This document shows positions 39,188 through 49,400 of a stretch of 64,000 bases of DNA, in pieces (the stretch's first letter is position 1; every line of letters starts with the position of its first letter). Under the pieces are notes generated by a model that was not told where the DNA came from, did not search any database, and saw nothing but the letters and a program-made list of their open reading frames with translations. The DNA comes from Candidatus Latescibacterota bacterium (lineage in GTDB: Bacteria; Latescibacterota; UBA2968; UBA8231), in the NCBI GenBank assembly GCA_965261395.1, contig OZ253462.1, forward strand, positions 1,760,001-1,824,000, read 5' to 3'. Made by a program: the position numbers and the translations under genes.

Positions 39188-40156
39188 ATGGGCCAAGAGA
39201 AAGAAGCGGCAGGGGAGGTTTTTCTTTCCCTCGTCATTCCCGTTTTTAACGAAGAGGAAAGCCTGCCCCATCTGTGGGTCCAGATTGACCGCGCTCTCGC
39301 AACCGCGGAATGGGCTTGGGAGGCCATTTTCGTGGACGACGGGAGCACGGACGCCTCGTTTGCGGTCTTGGGAGAGTTGGCCAAACAGCATCCACAAGTG
39401 CGCGCCTTGCGCTTCCGCCGCAACTACCGCAAGGCCGCGGCTCTCGCCGCCGGCTTCAAGCAGTCGCGCGGCCAAGTCATCGTCACTATGGACGCCGACC
39501 TGCAAGACGACCCGCGCGAAATTCCCCGGCTGCTGGCCGAGCTCAACCGAGATTACGACTTGGTTTCGGGCTGGAAGGCAAAGCGCCGCGACCCCTTGAG
39601 CAAGACCCTCCCCTCCCGCTTGTTCAACTGGATCACCTCGCTGGTCTCCGGGGTTCGCCTGCGCGATTTCAACTGCGGCCTCAAGGCATATCGGCGCGAG
39701 GTAGCCGAAGACGCGCTGCCTTACCTTTACGGAGAATTGTATCGGTTTTTGCCCGCCGTGGCCCACTGGATGGGCTATCGAGTCGGCGAGATTCCGGTGC
39801 AACACCACCCCCGCCGCTTCGGCCATTCCAAATTCGGGGCCAAGCGGTTGCTAAACGGGTTTTTGGACCTGCTGACCGTGACCTTTGTGGTGCGCTTTAT
39901 GACCATGCCCATGCACATCTTCGGCACTTTGGGGCTTGGCTCCACGCTTTGCGGATCGGTCATCTGCGCCTATGTGGCCTTGTTGCGCTACGAGCACGGC
40001 AACATCCAAAACCGCTATCCCCTGCTCATGCTGGGTATCCTGCTGATCATCGTCGGCATTCAGTGCTTCTCCATCGGTTTCTTGGGAGACATGATCGCCA
40101 GCATGCACCAGCGCGGCGGGCGTACCCCGCGCATTGCCGAGCGCTTAAACGGGTGA
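39188..40156 (+). CDS. Glycosyltransferase family 2 (ArnC/polyprenol-phosphate glycosyltransferase-like)
   Basis: IPVFNEEES, VDDGSTD, DADLQDDP, DFNCGLK and two C-terminal TM segments. Confidence 0.92.
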   Translation: MGQEKEAAGEVFLSLVIPVFNEEESLPHLWVQIDRALATAEWAWEAIFVDDGSTDASFAVLGELAKQHPQVRALRFRRNYRKAAALAAGFKQSRGQVIVTMDADLQDDPREIPRLLAELNRDYDLVSGWKAKRRDPLSKTLPSRLFNWITSLVSGVRLRDFNCGLKAYRREVAEDALPYLYGELYRFLPAVAHWMGYRVGEIPVQHHPRRFGHSKFGAKRLLNGFLDLLTVTFVVRFMTMPMHIFGTLGLGSTLCGSVICAYVALLRYEHGNIQNRYPLLMLGILLIIVGIQCFSIGFLGDMIASMHQRGGRTPRIAERLNG

Positions 40157-41209
40157 CAGCTCTTTTAGGGCGGTCAGTAACGCGGCGATCTCCGCGTCCG
40201 TGCCCACCGAGATGCGCAGGCAGTCGGCCAAGCGCGACGGTGCGGCAAAGTAGCGCACCAAGATCCGGCGCTCTTTGAGCTGCTCGTAGAGCGCATCAGC
40301 GGCGCAGTTGGCCCAGCGCTCACCGAGCTTGGCGAGCACGAAGTTCGCCTGCGAATCCCACACGTAAAAACCCAACGCCCGCAGCCCAGCACACAGGCGT
40401 GAGCGCGTCGCGCAGACGCGGGCGGCGTTCGCGCGCATTGCGTCGATATCTTCTAGGGCAGCCTCGGCGGCCACCAAGCTCAGCCGATTGAGGTTGTAGT
40501 GGTCCTTGACCTTCCACATCCCCTCGATTAGCGCGGCCGGAGCAAAGGCAAAGCCAATGCGCATGCCGGCGAGGGAAAAGGATTTGGACATGGTGCGCAC
40601 GACGATGGCGTTGGGGTGTTCCTCGATGAGCTGAACGCAGCCACCCTGCGAAAAATCGACATACGCTTCATCCACGACCAAGACGCCGTCAACCCGCGCA
40701 CAGAGCGCGGCGACCTCGTCGTAGGGCACGAGAGTGCCCGAGGGCGCATTGGGATTGGCGAAAAAGGTGATGCGGGCCCCGGGCACGGCCATGCCCTCGG
40801 GAAGGGCGAAGTCCTCTCCAAACTCGACCGGGACCGCCTCAGCTCCCTGGATGTCGATCAGCGGCTTGTAGTAGCCGTACGTGGGATGAGGATAGGCGAT
40901 TTTGTCGCCCTCGCCGGCGAAGCTGCGGATGATGACATTGAGCAACTCATCCGAGCCGTTGCCGACCATAATCTGTTGGGGGGCAGTGGCGAATAGCTCG
41001 CCTAGCTTGTGGCGCAGGGCCCAAGCATCTGGGTCGGGATAGAGGCGCAGATCAGCTGAGCAGGCATCGCGCAGCCGCGCTAGCACTAAGGGGGAGGGCG
41101 GATAGGGGTTTTCGTTGGTATTGAGCTTGATATAGCCCTTGTCGCGAGGCTGTTCCCCGGGGACATAGCCGCGCAGACGGGCGATATTGGGGCGAAACAG
41201 GTCCGACAC
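40145..41209 (-). CDS. hisC: Histidinol-phosphate aminotransferase
   Basis: KLNTNENPYPPS, GNGSDE, DEAY and RTMSKSFSLAG.R motifs. Confidence 0.95.
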   Translation of the reverse strand: MSDLFRPNIARLRGYVPGEQPRDKGYIKLNTNENPYPPSPLVLARLRDACSADLRLYPDPDAWALRHKLGELFATAPQQIMVGNGSDELLNVIIRSFAGEGDKIAYPHPTYGYYKPLIDIQGAEAVPVEFGEDFALPEGMAVPGARITFFANPNAPSGTLVPYDEVAALCARVDGVLVVDEAYVDFSQGGCVQLIEEHPNAIVVRTMSKSFSLAGMRIGFAFAPAALIEGMWKVKDHYNLNRLSLVAAEAALEDIDAMRANAARVCATRSRLCAGLRALGFYVWDSQANFVLAKLGERWANCAADALYEQLKERRILVRYFAAPSRLADCLRISVGTDAEIAALLTALKELSPV

Positions 41210-41211
41210 AG

Positions 41212-43413
41212 CTAAGGCAGCAGGTCGCCGTTTGCAGGCTCATCCACGCGCAGCACTTCCAAAACGCCCTCGATGCGCTCGATTTGATCTATGGCCTGGC
41301 GCAGTTGCTCGCTGTCGGTGACGTCGATCCAGAAGTCCTGTTCGGCGATGTGGCCATCGGTGCGGGTAGTGGAGTCGCGGATGTTGGAGCCAGCGTCGCT
41401 GATCGCCCGCGAGATGTCCGCGAGCAAGTACGTGCGGTCCCAGCTACGGGTGCGTAGCTGAACGGTAACGGCCGGTTCGTCCTCTATTTTCCACTCGACC
41501 GCGAGCAGGCGGTCTGGCTCGGCGGAAATCCGGCCGATGTTGGGGCAGTTGGTGCGGTGGACCGTGACACCTCGGCCTCGGGTGACTAGGCCGACAATAT
41601 CGTCGCCCGGGATGGGACCACAGCACTTGCCGAAGAGGATCATCAGGTTTTGCATACCTTGGATGCGGATGTCTCTGCGGTCTTGGGGCCGGAGCGCGCG
41701 CCGCTTGGGTTCGGGCGGAGCTATTTTGCCGATGACCTTGCCGATTGACAGGTCCCCGTTGCCTAAGGCCGCGTAGAGGTGCTCGGCGTTGCTAAACCCG
41801 AACTCCTTGGCCACAGCACTGAGGTCGGGTGGGTCGCCGGCCTGATCGGGCTTCAGCCCCCTGTCGAGTGCCTCCTTGCCGAGGCGCACGTTGTGGTCGT
41901 ATTGCTCCTCCCGCAGCCAGCGGCGGATGGCTTGGCGGGCCTTGGCGGTCTTGACTTGATCCAGCCACGTGAGTCTGGGCTTTTGCTGCGACGCGGTGAC
42001 AATCTCCACGGTTTCGCCGCTGCTCAACGTCGCGCTCAGCGGCACGACTTGATCGTTTACTTTGGCGGTCGAACAGTGCAGCCCGATGTCGGTGTGGATG
42101 GCAAAGGCGAAGTCGATCGGTGTGGCCCCCTTGGGCAACTGGTGTAGGTCCCCTTTGGGGGTGAAGACGAAAATCTCGTCCTGAGACGCCAGCTCGGTCT
42201 TCAGGTTTTCCATGAATTCGACCGGGTCGGTGGCCTCTTGTTGCCAGTCCATGAGTTGGTGCAGCCAACTCATGTGTTGGTCTAAATCGCTGGGACCCGT
42301 GTCATTGGATTTGTAACGCCAGTGGGCGGCGATGCCGATTTCGGCTGTGTGGTGCATCTGCGCGGTGCGGATTTGCACTTCGACATATTGGCCTTTAGGA
42401 CCAATTACCGAAGTGTGCAGCGACTGGTACATATTGCTCTTGGGAGTCGATATATAGTCTTTGAAACGTCCGGGGATGGGGGTGTAAATTTGGTGGACCC
42501 AGCCGAGAATTTGATAGCATTCGCGCTCGGTGCTGGTGATGATGCGCATAGCCAGCAGGTCGTAGATTTCGTCAAAGGGCCTACCCCGCGCCTTCATCTT
42601 GTTGTAGATGCTGTAGAAGTTCTTGGCGCGGCTCGTAAACTCGGCTTTAATGCCATTGGCGTGCAGGCTCTCTTCGATCGGGACCTTAAATTCCTTTATA
42701 TAGTCTTCGCGCTCCCGGCGCGTCATGGCCACGTTTTCGCGCAGTTCTTGGTAAGTTTCGGGTTCGAGGAATTTGAGGCTTTGGTCCTCTAGCTGCCAGC
42801 GGATTCGGGCCAGCCCAAAGCGGTGGGCCAGCGGGGCGTACACTTCGAGCGTTTCGCTCGCGGTCCGCTTGCGGGATTCGGGACTTAGGTATTGGAGCGT
42901 GCGCATGTTGTGCAAGCGGTCGGACAGCTTGATGAGCATGACGCGGATGTCCTTGACCATGGAGAGCAGCATCTTGCGATAGGTCTCGGCTTGGCGCGCC
43001 TCGCGGCTCTCGTAGGTTATCTGATCAATTTTGGTAACCCCGGCGATCAGTTCGGCGATCTTGTCGCCAAATTGCTCGGCGACCTCCTCATACGTGGCCG
43101 GTGTATCTTCGATGACGTCGTGCAAAAGCCCGGCTGCAACCGTAGTGTGATTCAAGCCCAACTGGGCTAGGAGCCGAGCCACTTCGACGCAGTGGGCTAG
43201 GAACGGCTCGCCGGACTTGCGAATCTGGCCCTTGTGATGCTCCTTGGCGAAGTGGTAGGCGCGGTTGATCAGCGCGAAATCGGCTTGGTCGTTGCAGGAG
43301 GAGACCTCGATCAGCAGCATCGACAGCCGCAGTTCGTCGCCTCCCTGCTCGACGAGCTCGTCCAGGTAGGTATTCGGGAGGGCCGGAAGAGGCGTGGGAG
43401 TGGTTTCGACCAT
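41212..43413 (-). CDS. relA: Bifunctional (p)ppGpp synthetase/hydrolase (Rel/SpoT)
   Basis: HD motif LHDVIED, DRLHNMRTL, RFKDY, YQSLHT, plus TGS and ACT domains. Confidence 0.95.
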   Translation of the reverse strand: MVETTPTPLPALPNTYLDELVEQGGDELRLSMLLIEVSSCNDQADFALINRAYHFAKEHHKGQIRKSGEPFLAHCVEVARLLAQLGLNHTTVAAGLLHDVIEDTPATYEEVAEQFGDKIAELIAGVTKIDQITYESREARQAETYRKMLLSMVKDIRVMLIKLSDRLHNMRTLQYLSPESRKRTASETLEVYAPLAHRFGLARIRWQLEDQSLKFLEPETYQELRENVAMTRREREDYIKEFKVPIEESLHANGIKAEFTSRAKNFYSIYNKMKARGRPFDEIYDLLAMRIITSTERECYQILGWVHQIYTPIPGRFKDYISTPKSNMYQSLHTSVIGPKGQYVEVQIRTAQMHHTAEIGIAAHWRYKSNDTGPSDLDQHMSWLHQLMDWQQEATDPVEFMENLKTELASQDEIFVFTPKGDLHQLPKGATPIDFAFAIHTDIGLHCSTAKVNDQVVPLSATLSSGETVEIVTASQQKPRLTWLDQVKTAKARQAIRRWLREEQYDHNVRLGKEALDRGLKPDQAGDPPDLSAVAKEFGFSNAEHLYAALGNGDLSIGKVIGKIAPPEPKRRALRPQDRRDIRIQGMQNLMILFGKCCGPIPGDDIVGLVTRGRGVTVHRTNCPNIGRISAEPDRLLAVEWKIEDEPAVTVQLRTRSWDRTYLLADISRAISDAGSNIRDSTTRTDGHIAEQDFWIDVTDSEQLRQAIDQIERIEGVLEVLRVDEPANGDLLP

Positions 43414-43551
43414 GGGATCCTTCGTTCTCTATTTGCCCGTCAATATAAACAAGCATATAGAAAAAAAACAAGTACATACAAGCAGAAGTTCCTCGCTCGT
43501 TTGCACGCGCGGTAGAAGTTAAATTAAAATGGGAAGAGAACAGGACGCAGG

Positions 43552-43941
43552 ATGTGGCGGCTAAATACCGAAAACGCACCAGTGCTGACGCGAGCGGATA
43601 AAATCCTCGCGCTCGTCGTGGGCTTGAGTGCGATCGGGCTGGTACTCTACGGCCGCTACACGGCCGAAGCCGGCGGCGTGCTCATCGTCGAGTTGGCGGG
43701 GGCCACGCCTGCCACACATGCCCTCTCCAACTACGGAACTTTGTCGGTTGTAGGACCTTTGGGAGCGAGCGAGATTGAGATCGGCCCCAAGGGCGCGCGC
43801 GTGATTTTCGCGCCCTGCGTCCACAAGATCTGCATGCGGCAAGGCTGGATGCAGCGGGCGGGTGCCGTGACCGCGTGCGTGCCCAACGGCCTAGTGCTGA
43901 GGATCGCTGGAGCCGCGCCCCTAGACGCGATGATTCGCTGA
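43552..43941 (+). CDS. NusG domain II-like (DUF1312) membrane-anchored protein
   Basis: N-terminal TM; GPLG...I....RV..APC..KIC...GW......CVPN. Confidence 0.85.
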   Translation: MWRLNTENAPVLTRADKILALVVGLSAIGLVLYGRYTAEAGGVLIVELAGATPATHALSNYGTLSVVGPLGASEIEIGPKGARVIFAPCVHKICMRQGWMQRAGAVTACVPNGLVLRIAGAAPLDAMIR

Positions 43942-44462
43942 TGTTTGCGCGACCTAGAGACGTGGCCCGCTTGGGGCTTATGGCTAGTGCGGCCATTGTG
44001 CTCTTCGCCTTTGAATCGCTGGTGCCCAAACCCTTGCCCTGGATGAAGTTGGGGCTTGGCAATTTGCCGGTTTTGGTCGCACTGGTGAGCTTTGGCGGCC
44101 GCCCGGCGTTGGCGATTAGTGCCACCAAGCTCGCAGTCGGCGGCTTGCTCAGCGGGGGCTTTGCCGGTCCGGCCTTTGTCATCGGCGGTGGGGCTAGCTT
44201 GACGAGCTGGCTGGTCATGGTTGCGGTCCGCCGCATGGGAACGCGGCTTTTCAGCGTCGTGGGCCTGAGCATCTGGGGCGCGTTGGCGCACCAGCTCAGC
44301 CAGCTCGTTATCGCCGCTGGCTATATCGGCCATAGCGGTCTGTTCGCGCTTTTGCCGCTGGCCTTGTTTAGCGCTTTAGTGAGCGGGGGCGCGATCGGCC
44401 TGTTGGCTTGGTGGACCTTGGAGCAACTAGCGAAAATAGGCTGGTTGGACCAGGATCAGTAA
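43941..44462 (+). CDS. Gx transporter family protein (putative ECF S component)
   Basis: ES..P.P.PW.KLGL.N and S.VG.S..GA..H...QL motifs; start overlaps the upstream stop. Confidence 0.85.
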   Translation: MFARPRDVARLGLMASAAIVLFAFESLVPKPLPWMKLGLGNLPVLVALVSFGGRPALAISATKLAVGGLLSGGFAGPAFVIGGGASLTSWLVMVAVRRMGTRLFSVVGLSIWGALAHQLSQLVIAAGYIGHSGLFALLPLALFSALVSGGAIGLLAWWTLEQLAKIGWLDQDQ

Positions 44463-44495
44463 ATGTACATGCCTTTTCTCCTATAGATCGTATCA

Positions 44496-46460
44496 ATGCC
44501 GCAAGAGCCTACCTTTCAGGCCCCAGCACGAGCCGAGACGGTCTTCAGCGCCAAAGCGCTAGTGGCGGGCACGCTAGGATCGCTGTGCATCGCCGTGGGA
44601 GCACCGTACGGCAACACGGTCATCCGCGGCTCCTACATGTCGATTGATTTCAGCGCGGCGGGTGCCCTATTCCTCTTCTTCGTACTGACGGGCTTGTTCA
44701 ATGCCTTGCTGACTCGCCTCGCCGCTCCTGTGGCCCTCGGGCGCGGCGAGCTCATCGTCGCGTACATTATGATGCTGACGGCCTCGGCCATCCCCACGAT
44801 GGGCCTCAGCGAGTACTGGCTAACGATCATCACCGGCGCCCAGTACTACGCCACCCCGGAAAACGAGTGGGCCTTGCACATCCTGCCGCACCTTCCCGAG
44901 TGGATCGCGCCGCAGGATCCCGAGTCGATCAAGTGGTTTTACGAAGGAGCACCACGCACCGCTGGGGTGCCTTGGGCCGTCTGGGTCGGCCCGCTGTGCT
45001 ATTGGGCCGTGCTAATCGTGGCCCTGTACTTGGTTATGATCTCGTCGATGGTCATTCTGCGCCGCCAGTGGGTGGAGCGGGAGCGGCTGGTTTACCCGCT
45101 GGTGCAAGTGCCCTTGGCTATGGTGGAGAGCGGAGGCCGCGGACAGGCGCTAGGTCCTTTCTTCAAAAACCCGATCATGTGGATCGGCTTTGCCCTGCCC
45201 GTGTTCGTCAGCAGCCTCAACGCCCTACACGCGTACTTCAACTTCATTCCCGCCATCCAGCTCGTCTCCTCTGTGCCGATCCTGCGCAACACCACCAGCC
45301 TGATCTTCCGCCTGAGCTTTCCCATGGTGGGGTTCGCCTATCTAATCAACCTCGACATCGCCTTCAGCTTGTGGTTTTTCAACACCATTGCCAAGCTGAT
45401 CCGAGGGGGGCTGGGGATTTTAGGGGTCGGCAGCACCGAAAAGCTGGGCATCTACGGTGCTCCTAGCGAGCCAATTCTCGCCCACCAAGGGCAGGGGGCG
45501 ATGATCGTCTTAGTGCTTTTCGGCCTATGGGTCGGCCGCGAGCACCTGCGTGATGTGCTGCGCAAGGCCTTCAAGGGCGACGACCGCATCAACGACAGCG
45601 GCGAGATGCTCTCCTATCGAGCGGCGGTCTTAACCTGGCTCGCCGGAGTCGCGGTGATGACCATCTGGCTGTGGCAGTCCGGCTTGCCGCTGTGGGCGGC
45701 CTTTTTGACCCTGATGCTGGCCATCCTTATCTTCGTTGGCCTAACCCGGGTGGTAGTAGAAGGAGGCGTGGCCGCGGCAGTCGGGCCGATGATTTCTTCG
45801 TCGGCCTTGGTCTCGGCCGTAGGCTCTTCGGCGCTCGGCCCGGCGGGCATGGTGGGCCTCGCGTACACCTATGTGTGGGCGGCGGATATCCGCACGTTTG
45901 TCATGGCTTCCTGCGCGCACGGCCTTAAATTGGGCGAGGAACTGGGGCCGCGGCTGCGCCCGCTTTTTTGGTACATGCTGCTGGCGATTTTTGTCAGCAT
46001 TGTCGGTTCGGTCGCAGCGATTTTGTACCTCGCCTACGAATACGGCGGCATCAATCTCAACGGGTGGTTTTTTGGTGGTGGAACTCGCGCCCCTTTTGAT
46101 TATATTACCACCAAGTTAAGCGCGCCCACCAAGCCGAACATCGATGGCTGGATTCACACTTTTGTCGGCGGGGGCATCATGGCCCTGCTCATGTGGGCGC
46201 GCCAGCGGCTCTTGTGGTGGCCGCTGCATCCCATTGGATACCCCATTGGTGCCGTATGGCTGATGGATCAGTTGTGGTTTAGCATTGCCCTTGCTTGGCT
46301 CTTAAAGCTATTGGCGATGAAATACGGCGGTCCCAGCCTTTTTCGCCGGGCGCGTCCCTTCTTTTTAGGCCTGATCATAGGCCAGTTTTTCATCGCCGGG
46401 CTTTGGTTGATTATCGACTTTTTTATGGGCATGACCGACAATGTGGTCTTCTGGATCTGA
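44496..46460 (+). CDS. DUF6785/DUF6784-like polytopic membrane protein (OPT-like)
   Basis: Many TM segments; RRQW.E.ERL.YPL, WWPLHPIGY and K..G......R.RPFFLGL..G. Confidence 0.8.
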   Translation: MPQEPTFQAPARAETVFSAKALVAGTLGSLCIAVGAPYGNTVIRGSYMSIDFSAAGALFLFFVLTGLFNALLTRLAAPVALGRGELIVAYIMMLTASAIPTMGLSEYWLTIITGAQYYATPENEWALHILPHLPEWIAPQDPESIKWFYEGAPRTAGVPWAVWVGPLCYWAVLIVALYLVMISSMVILRRQWVERERLVYPLVQVPLAMVESGGRGQALGPFFKNPIMWIGFALPVFVSSLNALHAYFNFIPAIQLVSSVPILRNTTSLIFRLSFPMVGFAYLINLDIAFSLWFFNTIAKLIRGGLGILGVGSTEKLGIYGAPSEPILAHQGQGAMIVLVLFGLWVGREHLRDVLRKAFKGDDRINDSGEMLSYRAAVLTWLAGVAVMTIWLWQSGLPLWAAFLTLMLAILIFVGLTRVVVEGGVAAAVGPMISSSALVSAVGSSALGPAGMVGLAYTYVWAADIRTFVMASCAHGLKLGEELGPRLRPLFWYMLLAIFVSIVGSVAAILYLAYEYGGINLNGWFFGGGTRAPFDYITTKLSAPTKPNIDGWIHTFVGGGIMALLMWARQRLLWWPLHPIGYPIGAVWLMDQLWFSIALAWLLKLLAMKYGGPSLFRRARPFFLGLIIGQFFIAGLWLIIDFFMGMTDNVVFWI

Positions 46461-46477
46461 GAAAGGCACTTACAATT

Positions 46478-49400
46478 ATGCCTAAGTTCGCGGTGAGGTG
46501 GATGGCCTTTGGCTGGGTTCTGGCCGGCGCAACACTAGCCCAAGCCGAGGTCGATTTTGCCGAGTTGGCGCGCACGACCCCAGTCGAGCGCGTGCAGCAG
46601 ACGATGGACACCTTTGCCAGCTTGGGATCTAGAATCGCCGGCTACCCAGGTGCCGACCAAGCGGCCCAGATCGTGCAGGAGCGCTTCCGCGCAATCGGCC
46701 TCGACGACATCACAATCCACGAATACGATGTATCGATTCCTGTCGATAAGGGCGGATTCCTGCGGGTCGTCGAAAGTGGCGAACAAGTGCCAATTCACGG
46801 CCTCTGGCCCAATCTAGTCAAAACCTCGACGCTGCCCGAAGGCGGGGTGACCGGGCGCTTGATCGACGCCGGCGCGGGCGAGTACGCGGATATGGACGGC
46901 AAACAAGTCGAAGGAGCCGTGGCCCTGATGGACTTCAATTCGGGCGACGCCTGGCTCAATGCCGCCTATCTCGGAGCGCAGGCCATCGTCTTTATCGAGC
47001 CAGATTCCACCGTGTACTTGGAGGGCGAAAAGAAATTCCTCTCCATGCCGCTCGACCTGCCGAGGTTCTGGATCAATCGCCAAGCCGGTCAGCACTTGCG
47101 CCGCCAGTTGGCCGCCGAGGGCGAGCAGACGCTCCACCTAGAGTACCGCATGGATTGGGAGCGACGTCCCGCTTGGAATATCCTCGGCACGATCCCCGGA
47201 TACGATCCCTTGATGAAAGAGGACGTAATCGTGCTGGAGGCGTACTACGACGCCATGTCGGTCGTGCCGGCCCTCGCCCCGGGTGCCGAGCAGGCCTCCA
47301 GCATTACTGCGCTGTTGGAACTAGCGCGCTATTTCCGCGCAAACCCGCCGGCGCGCACGGTCGTCTTCCTCGCCACTTCGGCCCACCACTTGGGCTTGCG
47401 CGGGGTCGATGATTTCATCCAGCGCTATTTGCGCAAAGAGGATCCCTTTATCGAACACATGCTGGTGCGGCGGGTCGTCGATGCCGCACTCGCGCGGAAC
47501 ATGATCGCCCAAGACGGCATCCACTACGCCATCGGCGAGGAGGAGTTTACCGGCAAGGAAGCCCTCGTGCGAAGCGTTGCCGAAGGGCGCACCGACTTGG
47601 CCGCGCACATTGCCGCCGCCGCCCTCACCGAAGGGCTGCTGGGCCAAGAGGAAGACGCATCCAGCAGTTCATGGGGCTTGTGGAAGAAGACAATAGAGGG
47701 CATTAAGGGGCTGCTGAGTCGAGGAGAAGGCGCACTGCACCTCGCTGGCAAGCAATTCGAAAACCGCCACGAACTGGTTGACCAGCTAGACTCGGACGAC
47801 GACTTGCGCCTCGCCCTCTACAAGCGCTGGGTTGATCCCAAAGTCGATTCGCTCGCGGTCAAGCTCTTCATTAGCCTCGACCTTTCGTCGCAGACCGACG
47901 AGCTCGGGGTCTGGAATAGCAATACCAGCTTTTACTACAAGCGCTACTTCGCGCCCTTCGGCAAAAACTTCATGGCTTATGCGCGCAAGATCAGCCGCGA
48001 GCTGAACTACCAGCGGCGCGACGTGCTGGTCAATGGCATCAGTCCCGAAGGCGGGATGAGCTGGCAGACCTTTGTGCCGGGCGAAATATCGGTCAACAGC
48101 GAATTGGTGTTGGCGACCGGTACGCCGGCATTGGCCTTTGTCACCGTCAACGACGCGCGCTTCCTCGTCGATACGCCCTTAGACCGAGCTGAGCACGTCA
48201 ACCACGCCAATCTCGCCAAACAGATCCGGGTGCTCGCCGGCATGTTCGAGATGGCCTTTGAAGACCCAGAGCTTTTCCCGGATTTCAAGATGCGCCTGCG
48301 CGACAATCTGCGCTCGCTGCGCGGCCGGACTATGGTCTTTCCGCGCCGCAGCATCATTCCCGACCTACCGCGCGCAGACGCAGTGGCCGTCGTGCGCAAC
48401 GGCAAGAAAAAGTCGTACAAAGGCGTGCGCGGAGAATACTACGAAGTCGTCGATGATAAGGGGGCCTTTTACGTAAATCGGGTGCGGGTCAACAACGTGC
48501 AGATCGAGGGCTACTACATGGACCCGATCACCGGGCGCATTACCTATGCCCCGGACCGCGGCGTGCAAGGCGACGAGATCTACCCGATGAAGGTCTCCAT
48601 GGACTGGCGCGACAAGCAGTGGATGGTCATCCTCTTCCCCTGCGTGCCCTACAATTTCTTCGACATCGTCGATCCGCGCTATCTCACCAAACTATCCAAC
48701 GTGCAGGTCTTTGACGAGACGAACGGCGCGCCCGTGGAGTACGGTTACACCATCGGCGAAGGTCCCTCGGCCCAAAACGAGCCAGTTGGAGTGCTCTTCG
48801 CGCGGCCTGGCTCGCGCATAAAGATGGGTTTTGGCGCTGGCTTACTCGGTTTCCGCTCGCTATTGCTCAACGCCACCAGCGCCACCGACAAAGACAAGGC
48901 CGAGGGCGAGGGCTTTGAGATCCGCCCCGGCACCTCTTTTGCCCGCACGACCTTCCAAGCCGCCCAAGACATGTGGAATCTCGACGAGTCGCGGATGCGC
49001 GAGTTGCGGAGCTTTGCGATTGAGAACCAGCGTCTCAACGACCTCCACTACCGGGCCAAGACCGAGTTAGATCAAGCCGCGACGGCGGGTGCCGAGCAGC
49101 GTTGGCGCGACTTTGTGCGTCACACGCGCGCGGGCTTTGGGCTGGAGTCGCGCGCCTATCCAGACGTCAAATCCACCCAAAACGACGTCGTTCAGGGCAT
49201 TATCTTCTTTATGGCCCTCGTCATTCCCTGCGCCTTTTTTACCGAGCGACTCATTTTTACCGCCGCCACGATCCGCAATCAGATCATCGGATTCGTCGGG
49301 GTATTTCTAGTGATCTGGATCGTGCTGTGGATGGTGCATCCGGCCTTTCAGCTTTCCAATCCCTTCGTCATTCTGCTGGCCTTCATCATCATCGCGCTGG

